Shown: positions 13,373 to 26,121 of the stretch, in pieces
How positions within the stretch are numbered: the stretch's first letter is position 1
Layout: every line of letters starts with the position of its first letter
Assembly (NCBI RefSeq): GCF_037042905.1
Contig: NC_087251.1
Span: forward strand, 24,244,001 to 24,308,000
Reading direction: 5' to 3'
DNA from: Lytechinus pictus
Lineage: Eukaryota
DNA: 64,000 bases
The notes under the pieces: model-generated
Database searches by the model: none
Seen by the model: only the letters and a program-made list of their open reading frames with translations
Told to the model about the DNA's origin: nothing
Translations under genes and position numbers: made by a program

Positions 13373-16300
13373 ATGTTTTACTTAGCCTTTTTTTAATTAG
13401 GAAAGTATGTATCTGTTCTACACGGTATTAACTTTTTATAGCTATGAGACTGATTTTTACGGACATGATGAATCACAATCATGTTTACGTTTGATATGAA
13501 ACTTGCTTAATTTTCAGTCTGCAGCTAATAGGCCTACAATAAAACGACGCCAAAACCTCTGAACATTAACTCACTGAACACCATGACCACGGCTTCGTCG
13601 CCAAAGGCTGAATAGGTCTTTGGATCAAAGGAAGACAAGAAAAAAAAGACAGGAAATAATCTTCTATGGGGTTTTAGTTTTTTGTTTCTTCCTCGTCTTC
13701 TTCTTTTCATCTTTTGTTGCCCTTCAGACACCTCAATTGCTCAGTGTCTCTTTCTTTTATTATGTAAATTAATTGCTCGCGTGGCAGATGGTTCTTTAAG
13801 AAGGCTATAGAAATCTCCTAACGAAGTACAACAATGGGTTTCCGGCCTGTTGACAATTAAGAAGCAAATCTTCCACCTATCATTATCCTTGACTTGTTTG
13901 AACAGAATGTGGAGTTTCATATACAAAAACTGATAGAGAGCGCGAACAAAGACAAATCCGAGTCCCTTCTAGTAAATAAAAAAAAAAATCTAATATAAGT
14001 TTTAGAGAGTTTGAAAATTTTATAAAAAACAGTAATGAGAGACGTTTCACCTTTCATGAAAGAAGTTAAAATTTCAAACGAAATGTATGTATTGATAACG
14101 TGAAAACACACTTTATACTAACATAACGAGCATTCATTCAGTGGAAAAAATTATTTGGCATGCTCATGGTATATAATCATGATGACGATATACATGATGG
14201 TGTTAAATTAATCTTTAAGTAGTTTTGGGTTGGAAACGCTCCGAATAATAATTTAAAAAATACTTGTGGATTCTCAAAAAAATACAACTCTGTGATATTC
14301 AAGTAAAAAAAACTTTCTGAAGAAATCTGTGACATTACAATGAATAACTTTGATATTCAGTAGGTTTCAAATACCACAATTCTTGTAGTGAACAGATAAT
14401 TGATGAAAATCTTACTTTGGCTCATCATGCGGAAGATCTCGTGTGCGATTGTTTTATTATACAGAATATGTCACTTTATTCCTTTGAAAATACCGATTAA
14501 TATACATAATGCTGACATCATTCCTTATCTGTCTTGCTGTGCTTTAATTGACTTGTGGACATTGTGCTAAAACTCTTCTAAATCATGAAATACGTTTAAA
14601 TTACAAACTCTCATCCGAGAACTTCCACTGAATCTCTTTTTAGAAAATTGAATATACATGTACATACTACATTTCATATTCATTCAGTTGGATCTAATAA
14701 AACCTTGCTACCCCACAATTTATTATAAAAAGGATGTCAATCTACATTGCAAGAAATGATAATGATAATCAGTAAAATATTTAAGAGTGGTTCTATGGAA
14801 TGCAATACCAGTTTATTTGTTTATATACAATTATGCCCATCTATTGCCTCATTTAAATACAAAAAGCATCTCATGAAGGAATCCGAATTCCCTTTATGTA
14901 AACAATTATTTACACATTATGATTACACATACCCACTTTTCTTGTTCTCGCTCTATATATTTTAATGATTTATATTACAGCATAGGAGCCCAACCTGTCA
15001 GATATAACAAGAAAAGATTAAAACATTATCTTAATTTTGTTTAAGATGCGATATATATTCTGATAGGAACGGATCAAATCTACAATCAAAATGTTTTCTC
15101 CCCATTTTTTTTTTATATAGGCTTATATTTCTCATATAAAATGACACAAAAATTTCAGGATACAATTCACGTTGGTATTTTCCTCTTTTATCATTATATA
15201 TAAGATATGTTTGTAGACCCTTTTGAATAATTTTGAGATAATGAAATATAAACAGATAAAGAGAGAGGGGGGGGGGGGAGAAACACACACACAAAGAGAA
15301 ATTAAGGGGGGTATCTGAAAAAGAAGCTATTTGTAAGATTTGAGTTTTAAAATGATAATCCGATGTATTATACATCTTTTGATCTTAACCACCGATTTAT
15401 AGTCAGATCTTAACTTAAATAAAACGATGCAAGAGTAAATAAAAAAAAAATAGAGAATAATGTTTTTATTTATTTATGATTTTCCTTATTATCCATATCT
15501 ATTTACATTTAGAAACACCACGTTTGAATGGCCACCAAACCAATGTCGTGCTGATGTATTTGACATTGAAAAATTATTTTACTTCAAGAATTTTCTTCAT
15601 CCAATATTCAACTCTTGCAGAGTATTATACCATATACATTTCTTGCATGTTATACACACGTGTAATATCTGTATTTATAAATACAATACTGATTGTAATC
15701 TCCTTTGTGTAACCGATGTGGGTTGGTGTAAATTACGCTTTATTTAAAAGCCCTCCTACATCAAAGAATGCCGCCCTGGTCAGCTTTTGTTATTCACTGC
15801 GCAAACAACGGTCACGCATGCTTGGTAGGAGAGTGTTTATTACTCATTGTTATGCAGATTTCGCGTGTAGTGATTACGATAAGAAAGCCGATGCACGTGC
15901 CTAAAATGATAGTTTTCATGCAAGTCTTTCATATACATGATATAAGTGGTTCATGTTTATGATTTTTGATCAACTTATAATATTTTTTCCTCGAATTAAT
16001 TTTGCCCCAAAGCAAAGCAGACACAATGAATTTTAAAGCTTACGTTATGCCTAAATCCTAATCGCCACTTGCAAAAGAAAACCCAATGTTTTAGGAACAT
16101 TTCGTTTTGCATTGAAGTCAATGAAATCGAATGTGTAGCGAACAGCAGTCTTAAAAATCCTGAGGGTTTTTATATACAAAACAAATCAACTTCACTTTAC
16201 TGTGCGTTTGTTTCAAGCAATGATTTAAAAAAATGCAATGATTCGTGTCACCAATGAATATAATCATGATGATGTTAATTTTTGTCACTCATTGCAAATT

Positions 16301-19300
16301 TTGTCGTCAAAAAAGTCTTTTTTTTCTCATATTCATCTAGATGTTAATTAAGTTTGTGATTTGGATAATTATTATACACTATGAAAGATAAATTGAATCA
16401 CTATTAAAAATGAGTTACCACAAGCTGTAAACTTTTGTAACTAAATTCATGCTTATAGATTCAATAATAGATCGACTCGATTAATAGAGAAAAACACAAA
16501 GACGTAGGGGCCTATATCACTTAGATTTAAAAAAAAATCTAAATTGGATTTCAAATCAGAAATTTATGGCTTTTAAAAACTTTGCCGAGTTAATACACAT
16601 AATAATCAACACGCGATGGTGTTCTGCAAATGAGGGTCGAGGAAGTAGCATACTCTCTATATTTCCTTTTTACATTATTTCTTTTTATATATAGATTTGA
16701 TAATAAAGAAGCTCTTGATTTAATCATTAATACATGTTCAACGAGAAATCAGAATGTTTTATGATGTTTTAAATTATTGAACATGTTGAATGAATCTCGA
16801 AATATCGGCTCTCTCGTCCTACAAAGCATGCTGTGCGCTAACAATATGAAACTGAGTATAGATTCTGAAATGATAACTTTCTTTTATATCCGAATTTTAT
16901 GAAACTGTCAGTGTCATTTTCCTCCCCTTTTCTATTTTTTTTTCTTTAAAATCAAAAGTTTGTCAGGTGGACTTGTCCTTCGGAGTAATGGTTGAGGTCA
17001 ACAGAACAATTTTTACCGTTTTGAGCAAATTCCTCATAATATTAAATTTTTAGAATGTGGTAATTTTTCAGTAATTGTCAACGGTGCTTTAAAAATGTAA
17101 ATTTTAGATAATTGTGTCAAGAGGAATTTGATTTCACCTTGTGAATAACCTATATAGTTTTACCTTGATTTTGTAAAACTAACATTTGTAGATGAGTTTT
17201 CATTTTTTAAGGATGGTGCATTTTTTTCAACTATAATTATAGTGTTGTTTTTCTTTTAATTACTGTTAACATCATTAACCAGGTGTCCGGGAATTATATT
17301 ACTCATATTGGTATAAAAACCGCCTTGGCAATTTTTCTGGTGAATTGTTAACACTGTTAGTTGGAAATGCGGCAACTACTTATATGTCATTTTTGCACAT
17401 GGTGCCATGATACATTTTGTTTCTCTTCTGACAGAGTAAATCCGACGGCGAAAAGAATCTTTGCGAAGTTTCCAAGTGATTAGACTCACCTATTCTGATG
17501 CTGTAGATCGCCTTCCATTCCCCCCTCATGCTTTACAAGTCTTCCTGTCAAAAAAGGTGTCATGTTTTGGCGTGCAGCATGCATGCAGGATTCCTAATGT
17601 AAATACTCATGACTTTGAACTTTGATTTGATATCGGAGTTGCAAATCATTGCAAACGTGATAACATTCTTACAGTCATTCTCTTTGAATTTAATAATACG
17701 ATTTTCAGACTCTTTTCACACATTAATATCCAGGTACATCCGTTTTACAATATGTATAACATGCATAAAGCAGTGTTTGTGTCAATATAGTTATTTCATC
17801 TGTGGTCTGTACTAATGTCTGTGTTTTCTGCTGGAAATCATACACATTTTAATCGAACTAAAAATATAATATTTTCAAAACTCATATGGATATAGAACTT
17901 ATGAAACGTGTAAAGCATTTTGAATTCACACCTATAAAACACAAGATCTTATCGCCATAACTTGTTATTATCTGCTTGATTAAAAGACATTCAACTTAAT
18001 TGGAATTTTTTTTTAAAGAATTATTTCATACGACTTTGTGATCAATGTCATGCTATATAGGATATTATTATTGCAAGGAAACGACTACATTCTTTCAAAA
18101 CTTTCATCAGAATGATTATGATATATTTGATTATCATCGTATCACCCCACGGGGAAACATGCTGAGAGGAGAAAACCATGCACAAATCATTATAGTAATT
18201 ACTGGACAAATGGAAGAGTATATAGTCCACAATCCACATCAACTGTTGAATTTAGAAATACATAACCACCGCACATAGTTATACGATTGGCGTGCGACCC
18301 AACTTTGAAAAAAAAAAGTAGTAGAATTTGATGCTCATATATTGAAACATAGAGTAACTTGTAATGTTCTAAATCATCGTACGAACACTTATTTTCAAAT
18401 CTGTGACTATTCTATCATCCTTATTAGACTAAAAAGCGAATTTAATATCTAGTCGAAATGACGTCATATCAGCATGGCCCAGGGAAGAGGGGGTGCTGCG
18501 TGTATTATTTTCCATAGGCTGCACCCCTGGAATTCTTGAAGGTGTGAAAAATGGATGTATGTAACCAAAATTAACTTCATTTTGTGGTGATTATTTTCTT
18601 TGGTGGGGGGGGGGGGGCTTTCAAATTTGCATCAGCACCCCTGTAAAAAAAACCGTTCCCCTGCAGGGCCCTCCTTATCAGTCGTACGATCAGCTAAGAC
18701 TTCAAACTAATTTGGCTTTCACTTCAAAATAAAGACTTGCAATCACCCCAAATTATCATATTAGTATTCTATCAATTAATTTGAAACTCAAATTAAAAAA
18801 TACTTTTCACTCACATTTTCAGAAAATGAGCAAAATGCGATTTGTTCCAAAATCGGATCGTTGGCCAGTCGTAAGGTGTGCGGCGGCCTTTATTTCCTCA
18901 CCCGATTTATGTTTTCTCTTATTTTTTAAAGGTTCGATTTACATTAAGGGAAGCAGCTAGGGTACATAAAATAATTTCATATCTCTATCAGAATATAGAG
19001 TGCCTGTACATACATATTGCCATAAATCGAATTTTATTAGGCATATATGCAGGTGTAAAGGCCTATAAATCATCATGTTAAATTTATGTTCCATTTAATT
19101 CACTTATCGTATGTCAGACAAAATTATCATAATTATTTTCCTATCATAGTGATCAACTTATAATGGATTAATGAAATATAATCACACCTTTATAGAATGA
19201 TAGTTTTTCTGAAATCTTACGCCTATAATAAATATTGTCTGATAATAATTTCAGAATCTTATTTTCTTCTAGATGATCTGCATTAAAGTTCGCTTAATTT

Positions 19301-20569
19301 CTAAAGAATTTCACCTGCTAGACTCGTCTATTGGTATGTTTAGTTAAGTGTGGAGAAATGGAAAGAACACAAAATTGTCTTTTGGGTTGATATTTATGAC
19401 TACAATGACCTTGTAGTAGTATGGCACGTGCTTGGAACAGGGCTCGTCCGTATTTGCATATCATTACAGGAAGTTGTCATTCACAAACGTACGGGTTTCC
19501 GGCTTTAAGCGCGCGCTCAGCGAATACGGCCCTCTGATTGGCTGAAGCAATAGTCAATGAAACATACTCGGGTCAGGGGCTCTCTTGCAGAACTAGGAGG
19601 AAAATAATAGTAAAACCAGACAACCGAGCGGGCGCATTTATGAAAAAGAGCAAGACAACTACCCTGACAACAATAGCAGACTAACAAACCAAGCGCAGGT
19701 GCAGTCGAGTTGCTTGGACCCAGCTGACCACACAATTTCAATAGATTGAATGAACGTAGTGATGAAAAAAACTTCTTGGGGACCCATTCACGCTATTGAC
19801 GAAGGGCACGCGTCTCGCACAATAGCCGCACACTTGCTGACTAGGTACGGTCTCGTTGAACAAAAGAACTTTGGAGAAGTTGGGGGAGCGACTGAACAGG
19901 GGGAAAAAGAAGAAGTGAGGGGTGGGTTGATATAAAGACCTGACCACTGAACTGAGAGACGTGTGCCATCGTCTTTGTTGGAGAATAACCAACTGAAAAA
20001 TACATTAGACTGATGGAATTTAAACGGCATTTGTAGCTATTTTTCTAGAAAGAGCCACCCCTTAAAAAAGTCCATAACTCACCCCAAGTTTAACTCATAA
20101 ATTCATTTAAGAGATTTTCGATTTTGAAGAACATATTTCAATGATATGATGACACATCTTGAATATTCATTATGTAAAAAATATACAACCCTGTATCAAA
20201 CATGTAGGCCTACATTCAGCTATGGATAAAAAATGTCTGATCACTTGAACATAGCTTTTTTTTAGTTGCCAACTCCAAAATATTTGAGAGTAAGGATCTG
20301 GATTTAAGATTTTGATGGCACGCGTACTCCAAGGTTTTATTCTAAAATTAAAACTAAAGCTAACATTAATGCTTCTATCTGCCTCCCCCCAAAAATATAA
20401 AACAACAACAGCAAGCAAATAGTCCCGAAAATAATGAAGGTTTTAGTTGGCAAACATATAAAATGAGCTCGGGATAAAGAAATAACAAGACCCAGCTATA
20501 TGACTACGGTAGAGAACATTGGACCGTAGCAAGAGATAATCCGGATTTAAAGCACACAAAAAAAATCCA

Positions 20570-21130
20570 GGACCACGCGACCAAGAGTAGTAATCCCTAT
20601 TCATATGCAAAACAACGGCACGAGCCGATAGCTGGTATATAAAGAGCGCGCCTACCCGGAGCAGAGTATTTACCAAGAAACTGTTCTTTCAAACGCAAAG
20701 TTTTGCGACTCCGCACCAACATACAGCACAGCTAAGTTGCATTCCTCAACAAGTGATAGCGTCAAACCAGGAATAATATCTATTTGGATTATACACTTGC
20801 AACCTTCTCACAGTTGGAAAAGTAATTTTCGCGATTTCCTTAGTTCAAGCTTATCGTATATGACTGCCCGACGTTTTAGTTAGATTATACTTCTATATTT
20901 TTGTAATATATATTTTTAATTGAGGAATATATACGCAGTAGGCCTACTGTCAAAATTGACATTGTATTTGTGCAACGCAAGAACTTGCCATCGATCAGTG
21001 ACAAAGTAGATTGTCGCCCTCTCTTGATATCATATGTTCAGTTTTATCCTCGAAACCAAGGCACGCGTGTGCGAGCTCTGATTGGTCGGCTTGTCACACT
21101 TATGGGCGGGGCGTAGTAAACGGAGAGTAC
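20570..21130 (+). promoter_or_regulatory. Delta proximal promoter region (two candidate cores)
   Basis: TATATAAA 20636-20643 with CACGCG 20574 and CACGAG 20619. Separately: palindromic CACGCGTG 21062-21069, inverted CCAAT (ATTGG) 21081-21085 and GC box GGGCGGGG 21104-21111, upstream of the ATG. Confidence 0.6.
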
Positions 21131-21252
21131 CCGAAATGCAATGACAAAGAGAGCAGATCGAGCTGCTAGAAGTTGAAAGCTCGCAGATAGTTGAGTGGAA
21201 CGATTACCAAGAAAGGAATAACGAATCGGCTGCACTGCCTTATTGGCGTGCT

Positions 21253-21333
21253 ATGTTTTTTGGAAGTATGGGGCGTTTTACCTGGATTAATACAGTGATT
21301 TTTGCTCTGCATTGGATTAGCATTATTTCTAAG
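21253..21333 (+). CDS. Delta: Delta exon 1, signal peptide
   Basis: MFFGSMGRFTWINTVIFALHWISIISK then AAG|GTAAGA donor, phase 0. Two in-frame ATGs (21253, 21268). Not in the ORF track. Confidence 0.85.
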
Positions 21334-21571
21334 GTAAGAAATTTTCTTTTTTTACACCTCACGTTTGTCCCATCTACCATCTCAATTCACCACCATTCGT
21401 GGTAGCATTGGTGCAGTACTATTATTGACCGTCAATACCGGCCATACGCTCACCCGAGAGATACGGCCTGCCGAACGACGTTGGTAACAACTAACATGTA
21501 TGCTGCACAACAAAAATAAGAAGGATGAAATAGTATATTAATATTTCCCGTTTTTCTGTGTTTTGCTACAG

Positions 21572-21862
21572 GTCACTACAGCTGCAGGGATATTCGAACT
21601 ACGCCTGAACTCCTTTTCCAACGACCAAGCCAAGGATATCCATGGACAATGTTGTACTGGAAATAATACAAGTACCGATCTCTGTGTTGGACCTTGCAGG
21701 ACATATTTTACAGTGTGCTTGCTCCATTTTCTTCGTGAAATTCCCGATGAACCCTTGCCAGAACAATGCACATTTGACTTTCGGAATACATCTGTTTTGG
21801 GAGAAAATTCTTTTGAAGTTACTGATGGATTAATACAAATTGCTTTTGATATTGATTGGCCG
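21572..21862 (+). CDS. Delta: Delta exon 2, MNNL/C2 N-terminal domain
   Basis: tttgctacag acceptor; VTTAAGIFELRLNSF..GQCC..GPCRTYFTVCL..IAFDIDWP; CCG|GTAAGT donor. Confidence 0.95.
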
Positions 21863-22329
21863 GTAAGTTACCCTTCATTGTCATCATCATGATCACAATG
21901 TTCATCTTGACCATTAAAAGTAACAATATTCATACCAGTTTCATTCCTATTTTCTTGAATTCGAGGGGAAAAGTGACCTTTAAGAACGAGGAAATATTCC
22001 CTGATTTAAACTTTTCGCATGATCGTTCCCTTGGTGTGTTTAATAGGATGGGGGGGGGGGGGGGGGGTAAGTATGTAACCCCACCGAAATCGACCATGGT
22101 TGAGTAGACTCTTTTAATACAATTTGAACTCATCTTCGAAGGGGGTCTCTCCTTCATAATACCATTCAAACAACCATTCTTTTAAAAAAATGTCCCAGTT
22201 TCTCCTTGGTGGTATGCAATAAAGTGTATCACACAACAGTGAGTTGGTGAATGAGATTCATCAGTAACACCAATGATGCACTTGTATTTTATCATTGTTA
22301 TAACGAATTTCTTCCTCTTATTAATACAG

Positions 22330-22381
22330 GGTGACTTTTCACTTGCCCTAGATGCCTGGCACGACGAGAGCAGCAATGATG
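22330..22381 (+). CDS. Delta: Delta exon 3, MNNL continuation
   Basis: atacag acceptor; GDFSLALDAWHDESSND matches the conserved WP-G-x-FSL-x3-AWH of DSL ligands; G|GTAAGG donor, phase 1. Confidence 0.92.
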
Positions 22382-25300
22382 GTAAGGATTAGTTTTGTTT
22401 GTGTATTTTAATGGAGTTTAAATACATTCCTCAGACACACCCCTCTATTATGTCAAGAAAGGGCACATGTACTATTCACATCCATACAATAGCCATTGCA
22501 TCGCAATAACATTAAACCTAATTAAAGACCTACATTATTTTACTTGTATTTAGTTTATTCATTGTTTTCAGCATTCCTCGTCGTTATTTTGTCGGTCTTT
22601 TCATGGAATTCGTCCGATTTCCACTTCAATTATTCGTCTTGAAATCCCATAATTGGGTTTACCAACCATGCAGTGTTATGTTAACTCAAATGATAAACAC
22701 GTAGGCCTATACAATCCTACATTGTAGGCCTATCTTATTGAGACAATGTTATTGAAATGATTGAATTTTACTTTGTATTTTTATTATCAGATTACTAACA
22801 TATTGACTGCATTTATGTTGTTGCAATGTTAACATGTCACAAATAAACAACGGGTCTACCAGTACCTTAATGGATCAAGGAACTTATTATTCCAACTATT
22901 TCGATTTGGACGCTGTAATCTTGAAGGTATTTTTCCTCCATAACGTCGCCATCATCTTGTGCTAGTCCAAATGTTGGATTTATACCATACTAATTATGGA
23001 TCGCTATCACTTCACCTGTAACTGACACCAATGAAGAATAATGTGGCAGCATCCACCAGACCGCCACCCCACCCCCGACTTCCCTGTGTCACTTCTTCCA
23101 ATTGAATGGATGTTAATACGTGTAAGGACTCACACCCCGCCGTGGATACATTCTTCAAAAGTCATGTCAATAAGAAGACACTCATCTGTTATCGAGGCAT
23201 CTTCTTTCCACTCGCTTCCTTACAAGCTTACATGCTTCACCTCATTGTGGATTATTATTATATTGTCACCAACACGGACTCACATCACCGGGCAAAGTAT
23301 TGGCAGCAGGACACGTGTGGACTATGTTTGGAATAATACGATGTGACATATCAACTTGCTAAGCGAATGAGCATCTCTTCAAATCATCTCTTATGGAATA
23401 CATACGATTGGATGATCTTTCATTTTCTGCCTATGTGATTCATGTTACATCCCTACCCCGTGATTGTGTGCTCTTATATCACCCAAATCTCGACCTTTCT
23501 TTTTACTTCCTTCTTTCGCCCAGACTTTAATAGATGATCATAAATGACTTCCGCCCGTGGAGCAATAAATGTACCCCTGCCCGCAGCTATATGATTAGGG
23601 GGTGGAGGTTTTGACACACATGGTCCGCACCTCCCCCTTCGTGTCTTGACTTGAATAAACACCGGATGTGGATATTTTCCTCATACCTCTGATACCAGGA
23701 ACTGGGATTTATTTGGAAAAGTACACGAGAAAATACTCAAAACGAAACCTGTTTTACTGCATGCCGAATGATTGTGGAAGGATGCAAAATACTAAAATCA
23801 TATTTATGATAACAAAAGTGAAATTTGAAATGAAGTTACCGACTCCTAAAGAAATTGGATAACTATAACGTGAAAGACCCGCAACTTTTCTGCAACCAGT
23901 CCTATCTCCCTGATGCCACTTCATCATTTCGTTTTGTGGGACTTCGTTATTTTTGCCTAACTGTACGACTGACTGTCAGTGGCTAGCGGCTTGAAGTCCG
24001 CACACAGCGTAATTCAATAGACAGAGTTTGATGTATACCTATTGTGTATTTATTAATGGGTGTAAATGGTGACGGCTGTGATATGGAGGAGTGTTCTCGA
24101 ATTGCTTTTTAAAATGAATGATTTAATACTTTGATATTATCAAGGTTAGCTGTGTGTAGAACGATGCCCGCCCTTATGTTAGATACTTAATCAATCGTCG
24201 TATGATTAATAACATCATTTACTGTGTACCAGCATGTTATGAAATATTCATTTTTGTTCATCATTTCAGGTTTTTATAATATGGTTTTTAACACCAGGGT
24301 CATAACTCGTAATCGTATTGTGTTAGTATAGGGCTGATAGTGCTTTCCATTTTTTATCCGCGTGCCTTGAATTATGGTACGTAACTTGTTTTGGATGAGA
24401 GGGTCGTGGGAATAGAGCCATCTGCCCCAACCACACAATTTTAAACTGATATAATTATTTGCTGTACACCATACACATATCCTTCACCCGTTGAACTTAC
24501 ATTGCCTCTCGGAAGAATTGTGAGAGAGGCAGAGCTGGGGAGATGGACAAGGGAAAAACAGAAACAAAACAAAAGCAAATGTGCAGGGATACTCGTATTT
24601 TGTTACATCGTCATAAAACGACCAATGAAGGACATGTGGAAACATTATAGGAGGTGAAATGTTGGTAATTAAAATTTGCATGGAACCGTGGGAGCGCTCT
24701 TGGGCTAACACCCGTTTCACTGTTCTTGTGGTGAAATTCGTACAACTGAACAACTGTTTAACGTCGATTTGAGCAACAGGGGCGGTCCGGTGTACGCTTT
24801 TCATAATGGTAAATGAGAGAGATGAAAACGTCCAAATCTAAAGCTAGTAGATTTACAGTTATCTTGTCGACCAATGCGAAGCAGCTGGTACCAGTATGAT
24901 TGGTTGGTTCTTCTGGGGTCGCTTGTATTGGAATGCCGTCTATTTGCAATGAAAATACATTCACTGTGCGCTCTCCTCAAAACAACCTCTGCATATAAGG
25001 CAATTTTGGGAGGCGGCTAATAATAGAACATAGATTCTGTGCTTTCTTCATTATTTTTCCTTTCTAACATGAATACCGAATGTTGAAATCAAATAATTGA
25101 TAGGCTGATAATCGTTGATAGTAGGACTAGAGTAAAATGTACATGTGATACAAAGTGTTGCTCATCTGGGATTGAAGTAAGAGAAAGGGTGATACCGAGG
25201 TCAAGGTCACAATATCTTTTGGGAGGGTGGTCATATGATAAGACAGGTGTATATTGTAGCACGCCTACCACGCGACTGCCACGCGATCTCAATACACCGC

Positions 25301-25866
25301 TGATAAAAAGCTGACCTTGGACCAGAACCCCGAAACCGCGGGAAATTTGTAACCCCATGCATCCATGTTCATTAAATGCAAAATCGGTTAATTTTTTTTA
25401 ACAACAACCTTTGGTCAGTATACTAGGATGGTAATTGTCTTATTGAACACTGTACTGTGCATTCGACCTACCTGTTTCTCTAGCGGCTTTCCCACGAGCT
25501 TGGGGTATAATGGGCAGATGGATGGACAGCAATCCATAATGTGGTAGAATAATCATGCTAATTTTCTTTTTTGATGCATGAATTCACTTCACGTGTAAGC
25601 GATATCAATGACGCTTGGATAAGCCGAGTGGGTGTTAGGTCGACCGATTCAAAATTAACCAGTGAAGGAGAGAATACTGCCAGTCTGATACGGCAGATAC
25701 TCCTGTCTCTGATGTTTGTCAAGTTAGCAGGCATATACGATTTAAGAAAATCCATAAAATGAACTTGAAATATTAACTACTATGAAATTAATGTTTGAAT
25801 ATTCATCCAAAATATAGCATTCCATAATTAATCTGTATTTCTTATTTTATTTCTATCAATTCACAG

Positions 25867-26121
25867 GAGCCCGAAGGCGCCTTGAATCGCTCCGGGTCCA
25901 CAGGTCTCTGAACGCCAGCTCGGTGTGGTCAAACTTCACCTACCCAACGGCATTGCACACTCTGGACTATTCGTATCGGGTGGTCTGCGCTGAGAACTTC
26001 TACGGGTCCAAGTGTCAAGAATCCTGCACGCCTCAAGATGACATCTTCGGGCATTTCGTGTGCAATAACCAGGGTCAGAGGGTCTGCATGGAAGGATGGG
26101 ATGGTGTCTGGTGTGATAAAG
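25867..26121 (+). CDS. Delta: Delta exon 4, end of MNNL plus DSL domain
   Basis: tcacag acceptor; ..YSYRVVCAENFYGSKCQESCTPQDDIFGHFVCNNQGQRVCMEGWDGVWCDK; G|GTGAGT donor. Confidence 0.96.
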
